A program made the position numbers and the translations under genes. A DNA stretch of 64,000 bases, taken from Tubulanus polymorphus (Eukaryota; Animalia; Nemertea). The stretch's first letter is position 1; each line of letters begins with the position of its first letter. The stretch is from positions 16,107,807 to 16,171,806 of the forward strand of contig NC_134031.1 of assembly GCF_964204645.1 (NCBI RefSeq), given 5' to 3'. A model generated the notes under the pieces. That model made no database searches and was not told the origin of the DNA. It saw nothing but the letters and a program-made list of their open reading frames with translations. Positions 50,817 through 63,030 of this stretch are shown here, piece by piece.

Positions 50817-52334
50817 TGCATGTATGACCATTTACCCACCGCTGCAAAATTTATGCGGTGATTGTGTGAAACCTTTCTTTTGATGTTCAGATTGACCGTG
50901 GAAGTTATTTGAGAATGTTTTATGCCATTTTAGTCTGCTGCATGACGTACCACGCTGTTTATTGAAATAAACTTGTTAAACTGATGTCGTATCTTCGATA
51001 TTCTCTTCTTGGTAGTAACACTCACAGCTTCTCAATGATCAGTAGTCATTTAAACTGAAAGAATTTTCATTAAAAAATGGATACAGTCAAAGCCCGTTGT
51101 AACGCCATGATCAGGACCAAGAAGAATATGGCATAATAATAATAATAATGAATTTGTCGCAGAATCATGTGTTCATGGAATGGATTTGAGTCGGATTTGG
51201 CGTATGTTCTTGGAATGTTAATGTTAGGCCTAGTGAGCTTGGTCATTATAATTGACTTGGACTGTACATAAACCCTGAAACATGTTTCCTTTGCCTTTTA
51301 ATATAGTGGTAGCCATTGACCCAATTCTAAAATTTTCAAAAGCAGGATGGCCCCTTTCATTTGACTTGCCTTTTCTCTGACTATACCCTAACATGCACGT
51401 TGCTTTCCTGGACTTGATCTGCTAAGAATCCACACTATTAACACAGTCAAACACGCAAGACATAGATGGAAACTGTTTGATTTTACGCATGATTAAGCAA
51501 TCTCGACATAGATCCCTGACTGTTAGCTTTTTTACAAAATACCCGTCCCTGACCTTTTTAAAGAAAAGACATGTCCACAACAATTTGAGAATTCCTGTAC
51601 CATTCTCGACCATGAAAGTAAAATGACAAAATACCTCATGTTAGAAAGTATAATTTTAGTTTTATTGCTTTATGTAAAACTTAAGCTGATACATTTTACT
51701 CCATGGACGAAATATGTTTATGATTATGGCACAACGTACAAAAAAATTACTTTACAAAATTCTTGACTGCCGAAAAGCAACAGAACTATCCAACCGATAA
51801 ACCCTTACATGGCAGGTGTTCTAACAACCAGACAAAAATTTGGTTCTTAATTTCGTAATCTCAGTAAAATAATGTGTAAAATGAATGATATTTCCGTGTG
51901 AATAACAGGATTCTACAATAGCTACTAAAATAATCATATTACTACATCGAATTACATATACAATGTAATAGAGTTCTAGACAATATCTTTTTTTGTACTA
52001 ACGAAGCATGCGTATAATATATACAGTATATATATATATATATGTGATGTACATATAAGGTAAACTAGTGATTTACTAAATATATTGTATAAATTGATCT
52101 GTATATTATGATTGTATGAAACCCTGTTTCTTAATAGTGTCAAACACATTAAGCCATAGTGAAAAAAATGCATCCATTACTTACAATGAAACCACAGAAT
52201 CTTAGAATCAAAAGCCTTATTCAATTTAAGTTACATGGTAATATATACTTTTGGTGTTGCGGTTAATAATTGTGGCCAAATATATCGATCGATTCGAATC
52301 TTTTTCGAAAAAACCAAAATCATTCGCGCTGGAA

Positions 52335-52834
52335 TTAGACGTCGCACAATCGACCGGCTCCCTGATCCGACGTGCAATCATCGGGCATACCCTGCGACGA
52401 AGACCTCTTCGACAAATCCAACACTCGTTGCCGCAACAACTGAACGGCGTCCATCATGAAACTCTGTTCTTGTTGCTCGAACGGTAGCGTCAAATCGAGC
52501 ACGTCGCTTTCTTTCTTCCCCTCTTCAACTGTTTGAGAATTACTCGTCACGTAGTTATTATTCGACGAGTCGTCCGTCTGGAATTGCGGCGGCCATCGTT
52601 TCAGTTTCTTCTCTTTCATGCGTCGATTCTGGAACCAGACTTTGATCTGTCGTTCGGACAGACCGAGCTCGGCGGCGATCTCCGTGCGACGGTGCTTCGA
52701 GATGTAGTGATTGGCGAAGTACTCGCGTTCTAAGCCGACACGTTGTTGACACGAGTAAACCATACGATAGCACCGGCCGCCGTCGCGATACTTAAACGCT
52801 CGCAGACGGATGTCTCCTCCGCCGCTGCCGCCTT
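52335..52834 (-). CDS. Terminal exon encoding a Cdx/Caudal-like (ANTP-class) homeodomain; putative variable exon C of the TF locus
   Basis: Acceptor TTACAG|AA (phase 1). YRMVYSCQQRVGLEREYFANHYISKHRRTEIAAELGLSERQIKVWFQNRRMKEKK. AATAAA on the minus strand near 51661-51666. Confidence 0.85.
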
Positions 52835-53465
52835 CTGTAAACAAAGATTTTAAAAACATTTTAACTTCTCGAAACGGCGCGAAAAACTATCATGAATGCA
52901 GAAAACAATTTCAAACGATTTGTATGAGTACCGTAGTATAATAATATTGGATATATTTTTTTATGAGATTTCAGTTCTGACAAGATGAAAGCGATTTGTA
53001 ATCAAAATTGAAATCGACAACAGAAAGCTTGATTCGTAGTAGGCAAAATTTCATGCAAAATCACTAGCAAACGCATGCCATTAGTGTCTCACGTCATGCA
53101 ACTTACATCATGCAACTGCAATCATTTCAGCAAATAATTTATAATCAAGTTACCCTGATTTACTTGTATCCTTCAGATGGATCTGCTTTTACCATTACAA
53201 CCTTTAGAAAAAGCCCAGACTTTAGACTATTTCCCTATTAACTCTTGCGCATAAAATTGGTTTTGTTTGTATAATGATTTATTACAGAGACTGTCTGGTA
53301 ATAATACTTAAAGATCAATAAACATTTGAGGTTATGAAGTGAAAATAACTTCTATCAAATGGTAAATTGCTAACTGGATTCTGCAATAATCAGTACATCA
53401 TGGTTAATACATGGTTCAAGAGACAAATCTATAAAACATGATAGGGTTATTATGTCATTTCAACA

Positions 53466-53932
53466 TCATTGTATTCCAGATGATATGAACCCAAGCGGGG
53501 TGTACGTGACAACTTGATTGACACTAGGGGGCACTGAAGTCTGCGTCTGCGATTCTAGATTAACGTTCGCGTTCATCCACTGTAACAAATCAGAATTCAC
53601 AGTCGGTAAAGTCGATGCATTTGAATCCCCCGCTGTAACCGAATTCGTAGATGGGTCCACCAGGGTTTGACTAGAATTGAACGAAGCTAGCGAACTTAAC
53701 ATGTAGTTTCTGTAACACCGTGTTTTCATGTGCTGTTGCAGGTTGTCCTTCCTCGTAAATGCTTTGTGGCATATGCTGCACTTGTGCGGTTTAATTCCGA
53801 GATGCGCCATACGGTGGCGCTGTAAATGATGCGACAAAACGAACGCCCGGTTGCACATTTCGCAGACGTATTTGCGTTCAGCTGAACACCCTGGTCTCCT
53901 TCCCTGCCATGAGGAGGACGTGGCGAACCTTC
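53466..53932 (-). CDS. Terminal exon with a C2H2 + C2HC zinc-finger pair; putative variable exon B
   Basis: Acceptor TTACAG|GA (phase 1). CEMCNRAFVLSHHLQRHRMAH-LGIKPH-KCSICHKAFTRKDNLQQHMKTRC. Own stop codon and AATAAA on the minus strand near 53278-53283. Confidence 0.85.
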
Positions 53933-54520
53933 CTGTAACAATTAGAAAGAAAAGAAGTGTGATGCAGCAAATGACCGAATATGTCATCGTGACGACTACA
54001 AAATTACGACTAAGTAATTCGTCGCAGGATCAAATAGTGAATATTCCGAAATTAATGCAAATTCAAACTGATTACTTACATTCTGTCGAAAAAGGGAAAA
54101 AGAAATCATAAGAAAGGGCAAAACTGAATGGAAAAGGTCGGATAGAAAGAAGGCATAAAATAATGACAACAAAAATACAGTTAACAACAAAGGACAAAGA
54201 AGACAAAGGAAGGTAATAATAAAATGATTCTACGCAAACTCGGTATCGGATTCATCGAGTACCCAGATTAACAGGCTTGAAAAAAACTAAATCAATTCAA
54301 TGTACAATATGTAAAATATTTGAGAATTTATTTTGCATAAGAAGTGACAATAAAATAATTAGTTACATTATGCAGCGATATAAAAATGACCACAGATATT
54401 ATCTCCACATTGTTCAATTTACATGTGCATCAACGTATATACGAACAGTAGTAAAAATTCACTAGTTTCAACTATGTACAGAGTTTAATGTATATAAAGT
54501 TTCGTAGGTATCTTTTACAC

Positions 54521-54526
<6 letters not shown>

Positions 54527-54570
<44 letters not shown>
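54527..54570. repeat. (TAA)n microsatellite
   Basis: About 14 TAA units. Confidence 0.95.
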
Positions 54571-57198
54571 GGTATAAACGACGCGTAGGAAAACGCCAAA
54601 AACTTCTCATCATGTGTAAAAGCCAGCAACCACCCTTTAGAGAGAGAGATAGAGAGAGACTATCATAGTAATATATTGGTAATGTTTTTAATATCACAAT
54701 TTTTCCGAGCCAATTTTTGTTGCAGATGAACTCATTCACAACGCGTAACTTTACTTATTATACTGCTCAAAACATGGAAGGTGGCACCTCGAATTACAAC
54801 AGGATCGTTCAATATCGAATTAAGTATCTAACACTAGAAAAAGCGGTATTTTCAAAATCATAATTTTGAACATATAAATTTCTATTCCTGCGTTGATCAA
54901 AGCTGCCATCTTTACTCTCAAGGTTCTTAATTTGAGCATTTTCATTTGGGCCAGCCATGAATCCTAATTTCTCGATGTTACTTTCATGATTTTGTAATAA
55001 AGAACTGAATTCACTTGCCTACAAACTACGGGGCAATATCGAGTATAAAGTATTGTCAATATTATGATCGAGGAAGGCATCAATTCGGAATATTGAAATC
55101 GTGGTCATGTAAAAAAGAATCAAAGACAAGAATTTAACCAGTTTAAAAAAAAAAAAACAATTCTGTTGACTAAACCTACTGCTACCTAAACAAAACACTA
55201 TCGTTCAATAATATAGAAATTTCATAAAAAGATTTTTAACAAGATATATTCATATGCCGAGAATACGTGGAATGTATGAAGACGGAATATCTTAACGATA
55301 TAATAGTACGTAAAATTGATAGAAAAAGATTATGCATTTTTACACGTTGTATATATGTGTGAGTGTGCGCGGAAGGCAAATTTATGCGCATCCATTAGAA
55401 AATAATTTGCATAGCCTAGAGTGCGTTTCAACGAAACTAGTCACAAATCGACTCTGATATTTTCACCAGCAGAATAAATGGAAAAACTAAAATACGACCG
55501 AGGGTTTAAGTCTAGGAGGAAATAAAGGCTATGCAAAGTTTCAGATCATATACAGTACATTTGAAAAGAGTTGAGATTTTTTTGGAATGTTAATAGTATT
55601 AACGAATTCAGATCTATCTTCAAGAGATATATAAATATCTATGTATAATATATCGTATAATATAAGACTCAATTGAGAGAAGAGTTTGTAAAAAAAAACA
55701 ATAATTCTGAAAATAATAGTTGTATACCAAAGCTGTAGGTTAGAATCTTGCTCCGAGTCACATGATCGTAAATTAACTAATTACGACTCCATAGTCCTGT
55801 CTAATTGACGACTACGGGAGTCCAGAAGACTAAAATTGTCCGTGCCGTCGTTGAGATTCTTTGCGGTCTAATAGAGAGATGAACAAAAAATTTCCGAGAA
55901 GACCTGGTTCGGTTAATAGCAGCACAATTATTATGGTTTCATTCGCATAACCTGTAAAATGACTCTGACAGCCAGAGTGGTTATGTATTTATATATACAA
56001 AGTTTAATTCCATCAAAACAAACGTTATTGATATTCAACGGTACTCACGCACGCGCGCGCGCATCTGAACGTTGGAATGTTTTATATCATTATGCCGTTA
56101 ATATATAAAAAAAATAACTGCCGCGGCTGCGCGGGGCAGCGCATAATGCTTCGCCACGATCAATATGTTCATGATATATCATTCAATATTATTCAAACAT
56201 TAAGATGAAAATTCTAACGAGTATATAAATATATATGTATATAAAAAACGTGTCGAGTCGAGATTCGTAGAAATAAGAAAAACATTTCGTACTATACGAA
56301 AGTGTGGAGATTCGAATAATGATAGAAATTATGCTATGTTTTAAGTACGAGTTTACACGTATTCACTAAAAAAAGCACATTTTTTGCTCGCGCCAGGCCA
56401 GGCGACGCGAAAAAAACATACCTCTCACCGTCATGATGATTATGATGATGATGATAATAATATATTTTACTTTTCATATACATATATTTCTTGGATAATA
56501 AAATAACGACCATCCTTGCATAGTTAGAATTATCGTAACCAGTAGTTCTTGGCACCAAGTTTTAGGTACGGAGTTAAACGCACCCCTATCAACATTTTCG
56601 AAATAAACTACGCCCGATCATGTTTTCACCTACTAAAAAACCGCACAGTCTAATGGGGACGTGCAATGCCAGGTTTCCCCACCAGATGGCGCGACAAATA
56701 CTCGGCCTTTCGTCGTAAAAATCAAACCGAATTTTTAGGCTTCCGAATCCACACGTTATCATATGACCCAACAAATATACTTTAAATTCATTTTTCTACT
56801 TAGATACCGGTGTAGTTTCCATAGTATTTGATCTAATTAAGAGAGAAGTTCATTCAAGTTTTCATTGAAACGTAGAAGATATTGAACGGGAAAGACCGAG
56901 TAACTACTAGCGACACCTGGCGGGTCCTCGCTTGCCACAGGAGCGTTGGTAGTTCCCCATTATCGAGCGTCATCCCGTTGATTTGTCGTTCAAACTGAGA
57001 ATACGATCGATATATTGAACATGATTTTTTCGATTAAAACAAAAATTCACTAAAAACCACTCGATTATAATATCGCTCGCTAAACGAATAACTATCAACG
57101 CGAAAATAAAAGAAAGAGAGGTATAGACAGCGAAAATACGCAACGCAAACTACACGACTTCAAAAATGAAGCGCGCGAGTCGAAAGTCGATCGTCGAT

Positions 57199-57788
57199 TT
57201 AAGTAACTGGCGCCGTGGTCGGTTCTTCTTTCAGCAACTTCTGTCGACACGTCTTCTTATGTCGCGACAAGTTACTCTGCCAGCGGAAGATCTTCAGGCA
57301 ATTCTCGCACTGCAGCTGCTGGAACATGTGCATGCCCTTGATGTGCTGTCGCAGGTATCGACTCTCCGTGAATATGTCGCCGCAGATCTGGCAGATGAAC
57401 GACGTGCCCGACATGCTCGCGTTCTGCAGCTTGCCGGCGCATGTGCGCACGTGCTCGCGGTACTCGGCGTACATGAATCGGCGTCGACAGCCGCTGCACG
57501 TGTACGGCCGGATTCGCCGATGCGATTCCATGTGCTCCATGTACGTTTTCTGACTCGAAAAGCTGACGACGCAAATCGGACATTTGTAACAAACGCCGCC
57601 CTTCGCGATGCTCCCCGACGCGGCGACGCCCGACGACGACGTCGGCGACAGCTTGTTCTCGTTGTTGGCACAGTTCGACAACACGGCAACGGACTCTGTC
57701 GTCGCGCCGATTCCCGTCGCGCCCGAACGATGCTGCAGCAGTTGCTTAACGTGATTCATTCTCAGATCGAGGCTCTCCGGTTCCGGGC
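57199..57788 (-). CDS. Terminal exon with four zinc fingers (C2H2, C2HC, C2H2, C2HC); putative variable exon A
   Basis: Acceptor TTTTTAG|GC (phase 1), in frame with ORF 57199-57759: CPIC..HMESH-RRIRPY-CSGC..HVRTC...CQIC..HIKGMH..CENC..HKKTC. Confidence 0.87.
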
Positions 57789-58159
57789 CTAAAAATACAG
57801 CAATTTTTGAATGAAAAAAAAAAAATGAAAAGAAATTCTCGCAAAAACCGTTGACCTCAACTCGATCAATCGGAATAACTAAACAGAATTCAGAAAAGAA
57901 GAAAGATTTTTTTGTTAGAAAAATGAAGCAGTATGAAAAGTGAAGTGATATTTCGGTTGTTTTTGAAATGGCAATCGAAAGCGAATTCCAGTTGGCCTGA
58001 GCAGAACAGTGCGAGCCTCTCTCCGATAGTAGTCCACGAAAAAAAAAGAGCGTTAAAAAGTCTCGGCTAGTTACGTTAGATATGTGCGTTACTAAATATA
58101 CACGTCTTAAAAAAAGAATGTCAGAGTGACAAGCTCAAGAGACACCCTCATCCTACATC

Positions 58160-58868
58160 CTAGCAGGCCAGGTGATGATAGACAGTGAGTGCACCAGCAG
58201 GCCGGGTGATGATAGACAGTGATTGCACCAGCAGGCTTGGAGATGATAGACAGTGACTGCACCAGCAGGCTGGGCGATGATAGACAGTGACTGCACCAGC
58301 AGGCTGGGAGATGATAGACAGTGACTGCACCAGCAGGCTGGGCGATGATAGACAGTGACTGCACCAGCAGGCCAGGTGATGATAGACAGTGACTGCTCCA
58401 GCAGGCTGGGAGATGATAGACAGTGACTACACCAGCAGGCTGGTAGATGATAGACAGTGACTGCACCAGATGGCTGGGTGATGATAGACAGTGACTACAC
58501 CAACAGGCTGGTTGATGATAGACAGTAACTGCACCAGCAGGCTGGGTGGTGATAGACAGTGACCGCACCAGCAGGCTGGGTGATGATAGACAGTGACTGC
58601 ACCAGCAGGCTGGGTGGTGATAGACAGTGACCGCACCAGCAGGCTGGGTGATGATAGACAGTGACTACACCAGCAGGCTGGGTGATGATAGACAGTGACT
58701 ACACCAGCAGGCTGGTAGATGATAGACAGTGACTGCACCAGCAGGCTGGGTGATGATAGACAGTGACTACACCAACAGGCCGGGTGATGATGGACAGTGG
58801 CTACACCAGCAGGCTGGGTGATGATAGACAGTTACTGCACCAGCAGGCCGGGTGATGATAGACAGTGT
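58160..58868. repeat. 34-bp minisatellite (about 21 copies)
   Basis: GATGATAGACAGTGACTGCACCAGCAGGCTGGGT units. Confidence 0.95.
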
Positions 58869-60264
58869 AGCCCTATTAGAGATAAGCAAAGAAAATGAAT
58901 TGAGAGCGAAGCAAACCCTACTACCAAATGTGAATGACGAAGTAAAGTATAAGTAAAGCGTCCAACAAAAAATAAAATCCTGTGCGACCTGCTGAGTCAT
59001 AGCAACGTGTACTAGAAGTTAGATCTGCGGTAAGTAGGCAGCCGGCCAAGTGAACTATCGCAGATAAGACAACAACCTTTCTAAACCGTCGAAATCTTCA
59101 CCACTTGATGAAGAAATATCTCCGTTGATTACGAAATCTAAGTCCAGATTGCGTTATCAGTTAATAAATCTAAGCATCTAAACATGCATTCTGATCTAAG
59201 AGTTATATTGTTAGTAATCAATCGCCCTTTTGATTTTAGTTAAATTAATCTTCATTAGCGGTTTTGAGCACCATGCAAAATATAAGCCCAGTGTTCATAT
59301 ACATTTTGACTGCAATATTCTTAGATTAGCATAATATTTTGTTCATGCAAATTTTATTCTAGCATTATTACTGATTAGTAGCAATGTCTTAGTCGAAACA
59401 TAGAGACAAATCTCGCGTCTATCTCTTGAATATTTACGTTCGATTCCGACATCGATTTTTAATTGATTCGGCGAAATTAATACATCGGATTCTTCTAGAT
59501 TAGACGATATGAGTACAACGAAGACGATGACAAAATACACGTACACACAGCGTTGTGATCACAGAGATACAGAGGAGGAAAGAGAAAGGAGGAATGAGTA
59601 AGGAGGCAGAATGAAAAGGAAAGAAACCAGGTGCCACAGCGAGCGGTTGTTAGTTTAGAACGAAATCGTGAAAACGGAACAGAAATCGAGGCACAATTTT
59701 CAGTCGAATTTGAAATTACTTTTCACATCGATTTCTAGAAATTTCTACGAACGTCTAATTCGAATAAATAAATGAAATCTACTAGAGGCAAACATGCATC
59801 GATTGATTGTTTCATCAGCGCGGCAACGAATTACAATTTTTAACGCGGTGCGTATAGAAGCTATGACTGAAGCTGTACAACAAGTTTTGAACTCATGCAA
59901 GGTGGCGCCACTTTCCGCCTGTTTACAAATTTGGTTTTCCCGGATTTTTCCATGTGGTTACACGAAATTCAGCGAGTGAACCAAGAGAAATATCTAGATT
60001 GCAAAATGCTACGATTCTTAGATTTTTCATTGAATCACGTACATGTGTACTGATAAAGAAACCTGTGGTCGATAACACTATCCAAGTGTTTTTGGTTTTA
60101 GGTTTTTGGTCAAATTTATCAAATTCTCTTGAGTTTTCCCGGATTTTTTCCAGGTTTTCCAGGTCAGTATTCACCAATACGTCGTATACCTCAATCATAG
60201 CTTCCGTTCTTTTTCATCAATCACGATAAAATCATAATAATCTAAGAAACCGAGCATCACTCAC

Positions 60265-63030
60265 CTGCACGTTCCATCGCGACCGTCTGCTCGTCGGCGC
60301 CGTCCTCGTCGATGAACAAATCGGATTCGTTCTCGAGTTCGTGCGAGATCTCGAGCGTCGTCGAGCCGCCGTCGAACGAAGGTTCCTCTTTCACTTTAAT
60401 CGTGTCCGGCGTCGCGCGGCGACAGTTCATTTCGACGACGCCGCCCTCTTTTTTCACGATCGGCGTCGACTGCGCGTTCGGTATCGGCGCCGCGTCTTGA
60501 TGGTTGAGGTTGATGTCGCGCGCCACGCCGCTGCCGTGGTTCCACCGTTCGACGCTCGGCGAAAGCAACGATTTGTTGCGTACTTTTTTCTGGTGTCCGC
60601 CGATGGAAGTGTTCGACTGACGGAACTGTTCGCGGATCAGATCTAACGGATTGCCGCCACCGGTGGCGCCACCACCGACGAGGCTGTTATCGCAGTTTTG
60701 AAACGCAGCCATCTGGTAAACGGCTGTGTTGTTAATTTGTTCGGAAGCTTCTGCTAAACTATCGATATTATCATTATTATTATTATTACTACAACTGTTA
60801 TTGGAAGTGGGCGACATTCTACTGGACGCGGCGGTCGACTGCAGCAGCCCGGCGGCCGCCGTTATATTCGTCGGCTGCGGCTGAATCGTTGCCATGGAGA
60901 CAAGTGGATTTCGTGGAAGGAACGGATTGACGGGGATGGCGGTCGATATGTTTTTGGCGCAGTCGGACATACTATGGCTAGACGACATACTCTCGCTGGA
61001 AACGGAATGTCTTTGGCGTTTTAACGGCATCGAAGGAGCGTTGACGACGCCGCCGCTGCTGCTGTTGTTGTATTCGGATTTTTGGAACGACAGATTTTCA
61101 TCGTGCCCGCGGAAACGTTTCTTGTTGGCGTTGTCGCTGCGATACTCGAGTACGTATTCATCGTCCTCGTCGGAGACAACCTGGTCGACTGATATACGCA
61201 ACGGCTGACTTCTTTTACCTGAAGCACAATGTATAGGCATTGAAAAATCAAAAAAATCTCACCTCTTATTTGACTTTTTTTACACCTTTCCCTGACATTC
61301 TTTTAAATAAAAAAAAATTCCATGACTTCCCTGAATTTCAGGTTAATGGCCACCAACCTGTTTCAGTGTACTAGAAAGGTAGGTTTTACATATATCAGCA
61401 CTTTCACTACTACGCGCAGTTGAAATTGTGAATTTTTGAGTTTATTTTGTAATCAAAAATACATTTCATAACCCTTATCCTATTTTTGATAAATTTCAAT
61501 AACTATTTTTGAGAGGATGTGCACTAATATATCGGGGGCTACACTGGTTGCCTGTAGATTCAATTAAACTGATATCAAAATCCAAAGTATCTGTGAAGAT
61601 GCTTATTACTATTGATCCTTATATTATATAATTTATATTACATCATTCATTGCCAATAGTATTACGCAATATACCAGTATGTGTTATTTTTCAAGGCGTC
61701 AATAAACTTTCAAGTTTCTTGCTCGTACTTTCATTGTTAATTAACATAAGCGCTTTACAGATTGAAATAGAATTTCTAAGAGACTTCAACGCAGCTGGTG
61801 CATAAATTCTGATCGAAATATTTCTAGAGTAGACACTTTTCTCAAATTTTCCACAGATTTTCATTGAATACAGTATTTCACAGATTTTTCATTCAAATTA
61901 TGTTCACATCAATCTTTCCCCTGATTTGATTAATTCTTCAAGACGTAGAATATTCATTCATTTGAGGTCTATTCCTCTGATGACTTACGTCTGTTTTTCG
62001 CCGCACGCTTTGATTGCCATTTTAACCAGGTCGGTTCATCTACTTCTAAAACTAGATCTTCTATCACATCAATTTGGTCCCGTAAGCAATTTTTCAAGTC
62101 GTCCATGTGAACATGGAAAGGAATGTCTGAAAAATAAAAATACCGATATAGCCTAAATAGTTAAAACCCCTAAATCAGTCTGTTAACCCTTTCAGTGCGT
62201 CTACACTGCAGTGCAGTGTAATGATCGGTGATGTATTTTTGCTGGTACACCGCACTACGGTGTATTGATGTAATGAGTAATTAGTTTTTATCTCTACTGA
62301 AAGATGGCAGCACCTGTCAAACATAGTGAAATACTAGTAACTAATGATACACCGCGCCGCCGTGTAGACGCATTGTAGTGGTATACCCGTTATTCAAACG
62401 AATAGGGTGGAATTTTTTAAAATTTTCAAATTATCTCCAGCACTATCGGCTATTGGTAAGTCAGCACTGAAAGGGTTAATCTATCCGTGAATTTGCCCTG
62501 ACAATCATACAATCGAATTGGTATTGCATATGAGTCGGATTGGTACCGAAAAACCTGCGCAGTGAGGCAGGATTTTGTGCCGCGGCCGAGTCTTGCGATG
62601 CCATGGTTCGAATTCCTGCCAAGGGAGGAGGGGAAAGTGGCCACCCTGATCTACACTGCAGTGCGGTGTATTAATTGGTGATTGACTTCGGTGATACAAT
62701 ATTGATTCAATATCAGTTATCGCTATCAAAAGATGGCAGCACCTGTCAAACATTGCGAAATACAAGTACCTTAGTAACTAACACAGCACCACAGTGAATA
62801 TGCTCAATATCGGTATTCCCATTATACAAGGCACTAAGGGGTAAGAATTAGTTAGCACTGAAATGGTAAAGTGACCCCTCAAATTCATTTCCAAGAACCT
62901 AACCGTCTGGATTTCTTCAAATATATTGCCGCCAGGATTCAATCCATGAACCCTAAAGGATGACACATTAGGGAACCACTCAAAACCTTACACACGCTAC
63001 AGGTTTTTTCTGCTTACCTAATAAAATCAT
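60265..63030 (-). CDS. Constant N-terminal region of the modular transcription factor (3 coding exons)
   Basis: ATG at 63030 (MILL, donor near 63018), exon about 61989-62126 (DIPFHVHMDDLKNCLRDQIDVIEDLVLEVDEPTWLKWQSKRAAKNR), and exon 60265-61218 (low complexity, NLS-like KKRFR/LKRQR, SUMO-like VKKE/VKEE). Ends GCA G|GTGAGT (phase 1). Confidence 0.8.
62183..62479. mobile_element. piggyBac-like MITE (TTAA|CCCTTTCAGTGC TIR)
   Basis: TTAACCCTTTCAGTGC ... GCACTGAAAGGGTTAA; related copies at about 36470-36750 and 62650-62870. Confidence 0.8.

Noticed and set aside
57166-57792. 208-aa plus-strand ORF and other overlapping ORFs
   Set aside because: Antisense shadows of the GC-rich zinc-finger exon; the same applies to ORFs opposite 16.5-17 kb, 20.4 kb and 60.3-61.2 kb.
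58107-58738. Cys/His-rich ORFs (HHPACWCSHC) resembling zinc fingers
   Set aside because: Translations of a 34-bp minisatellite cycling through frames.
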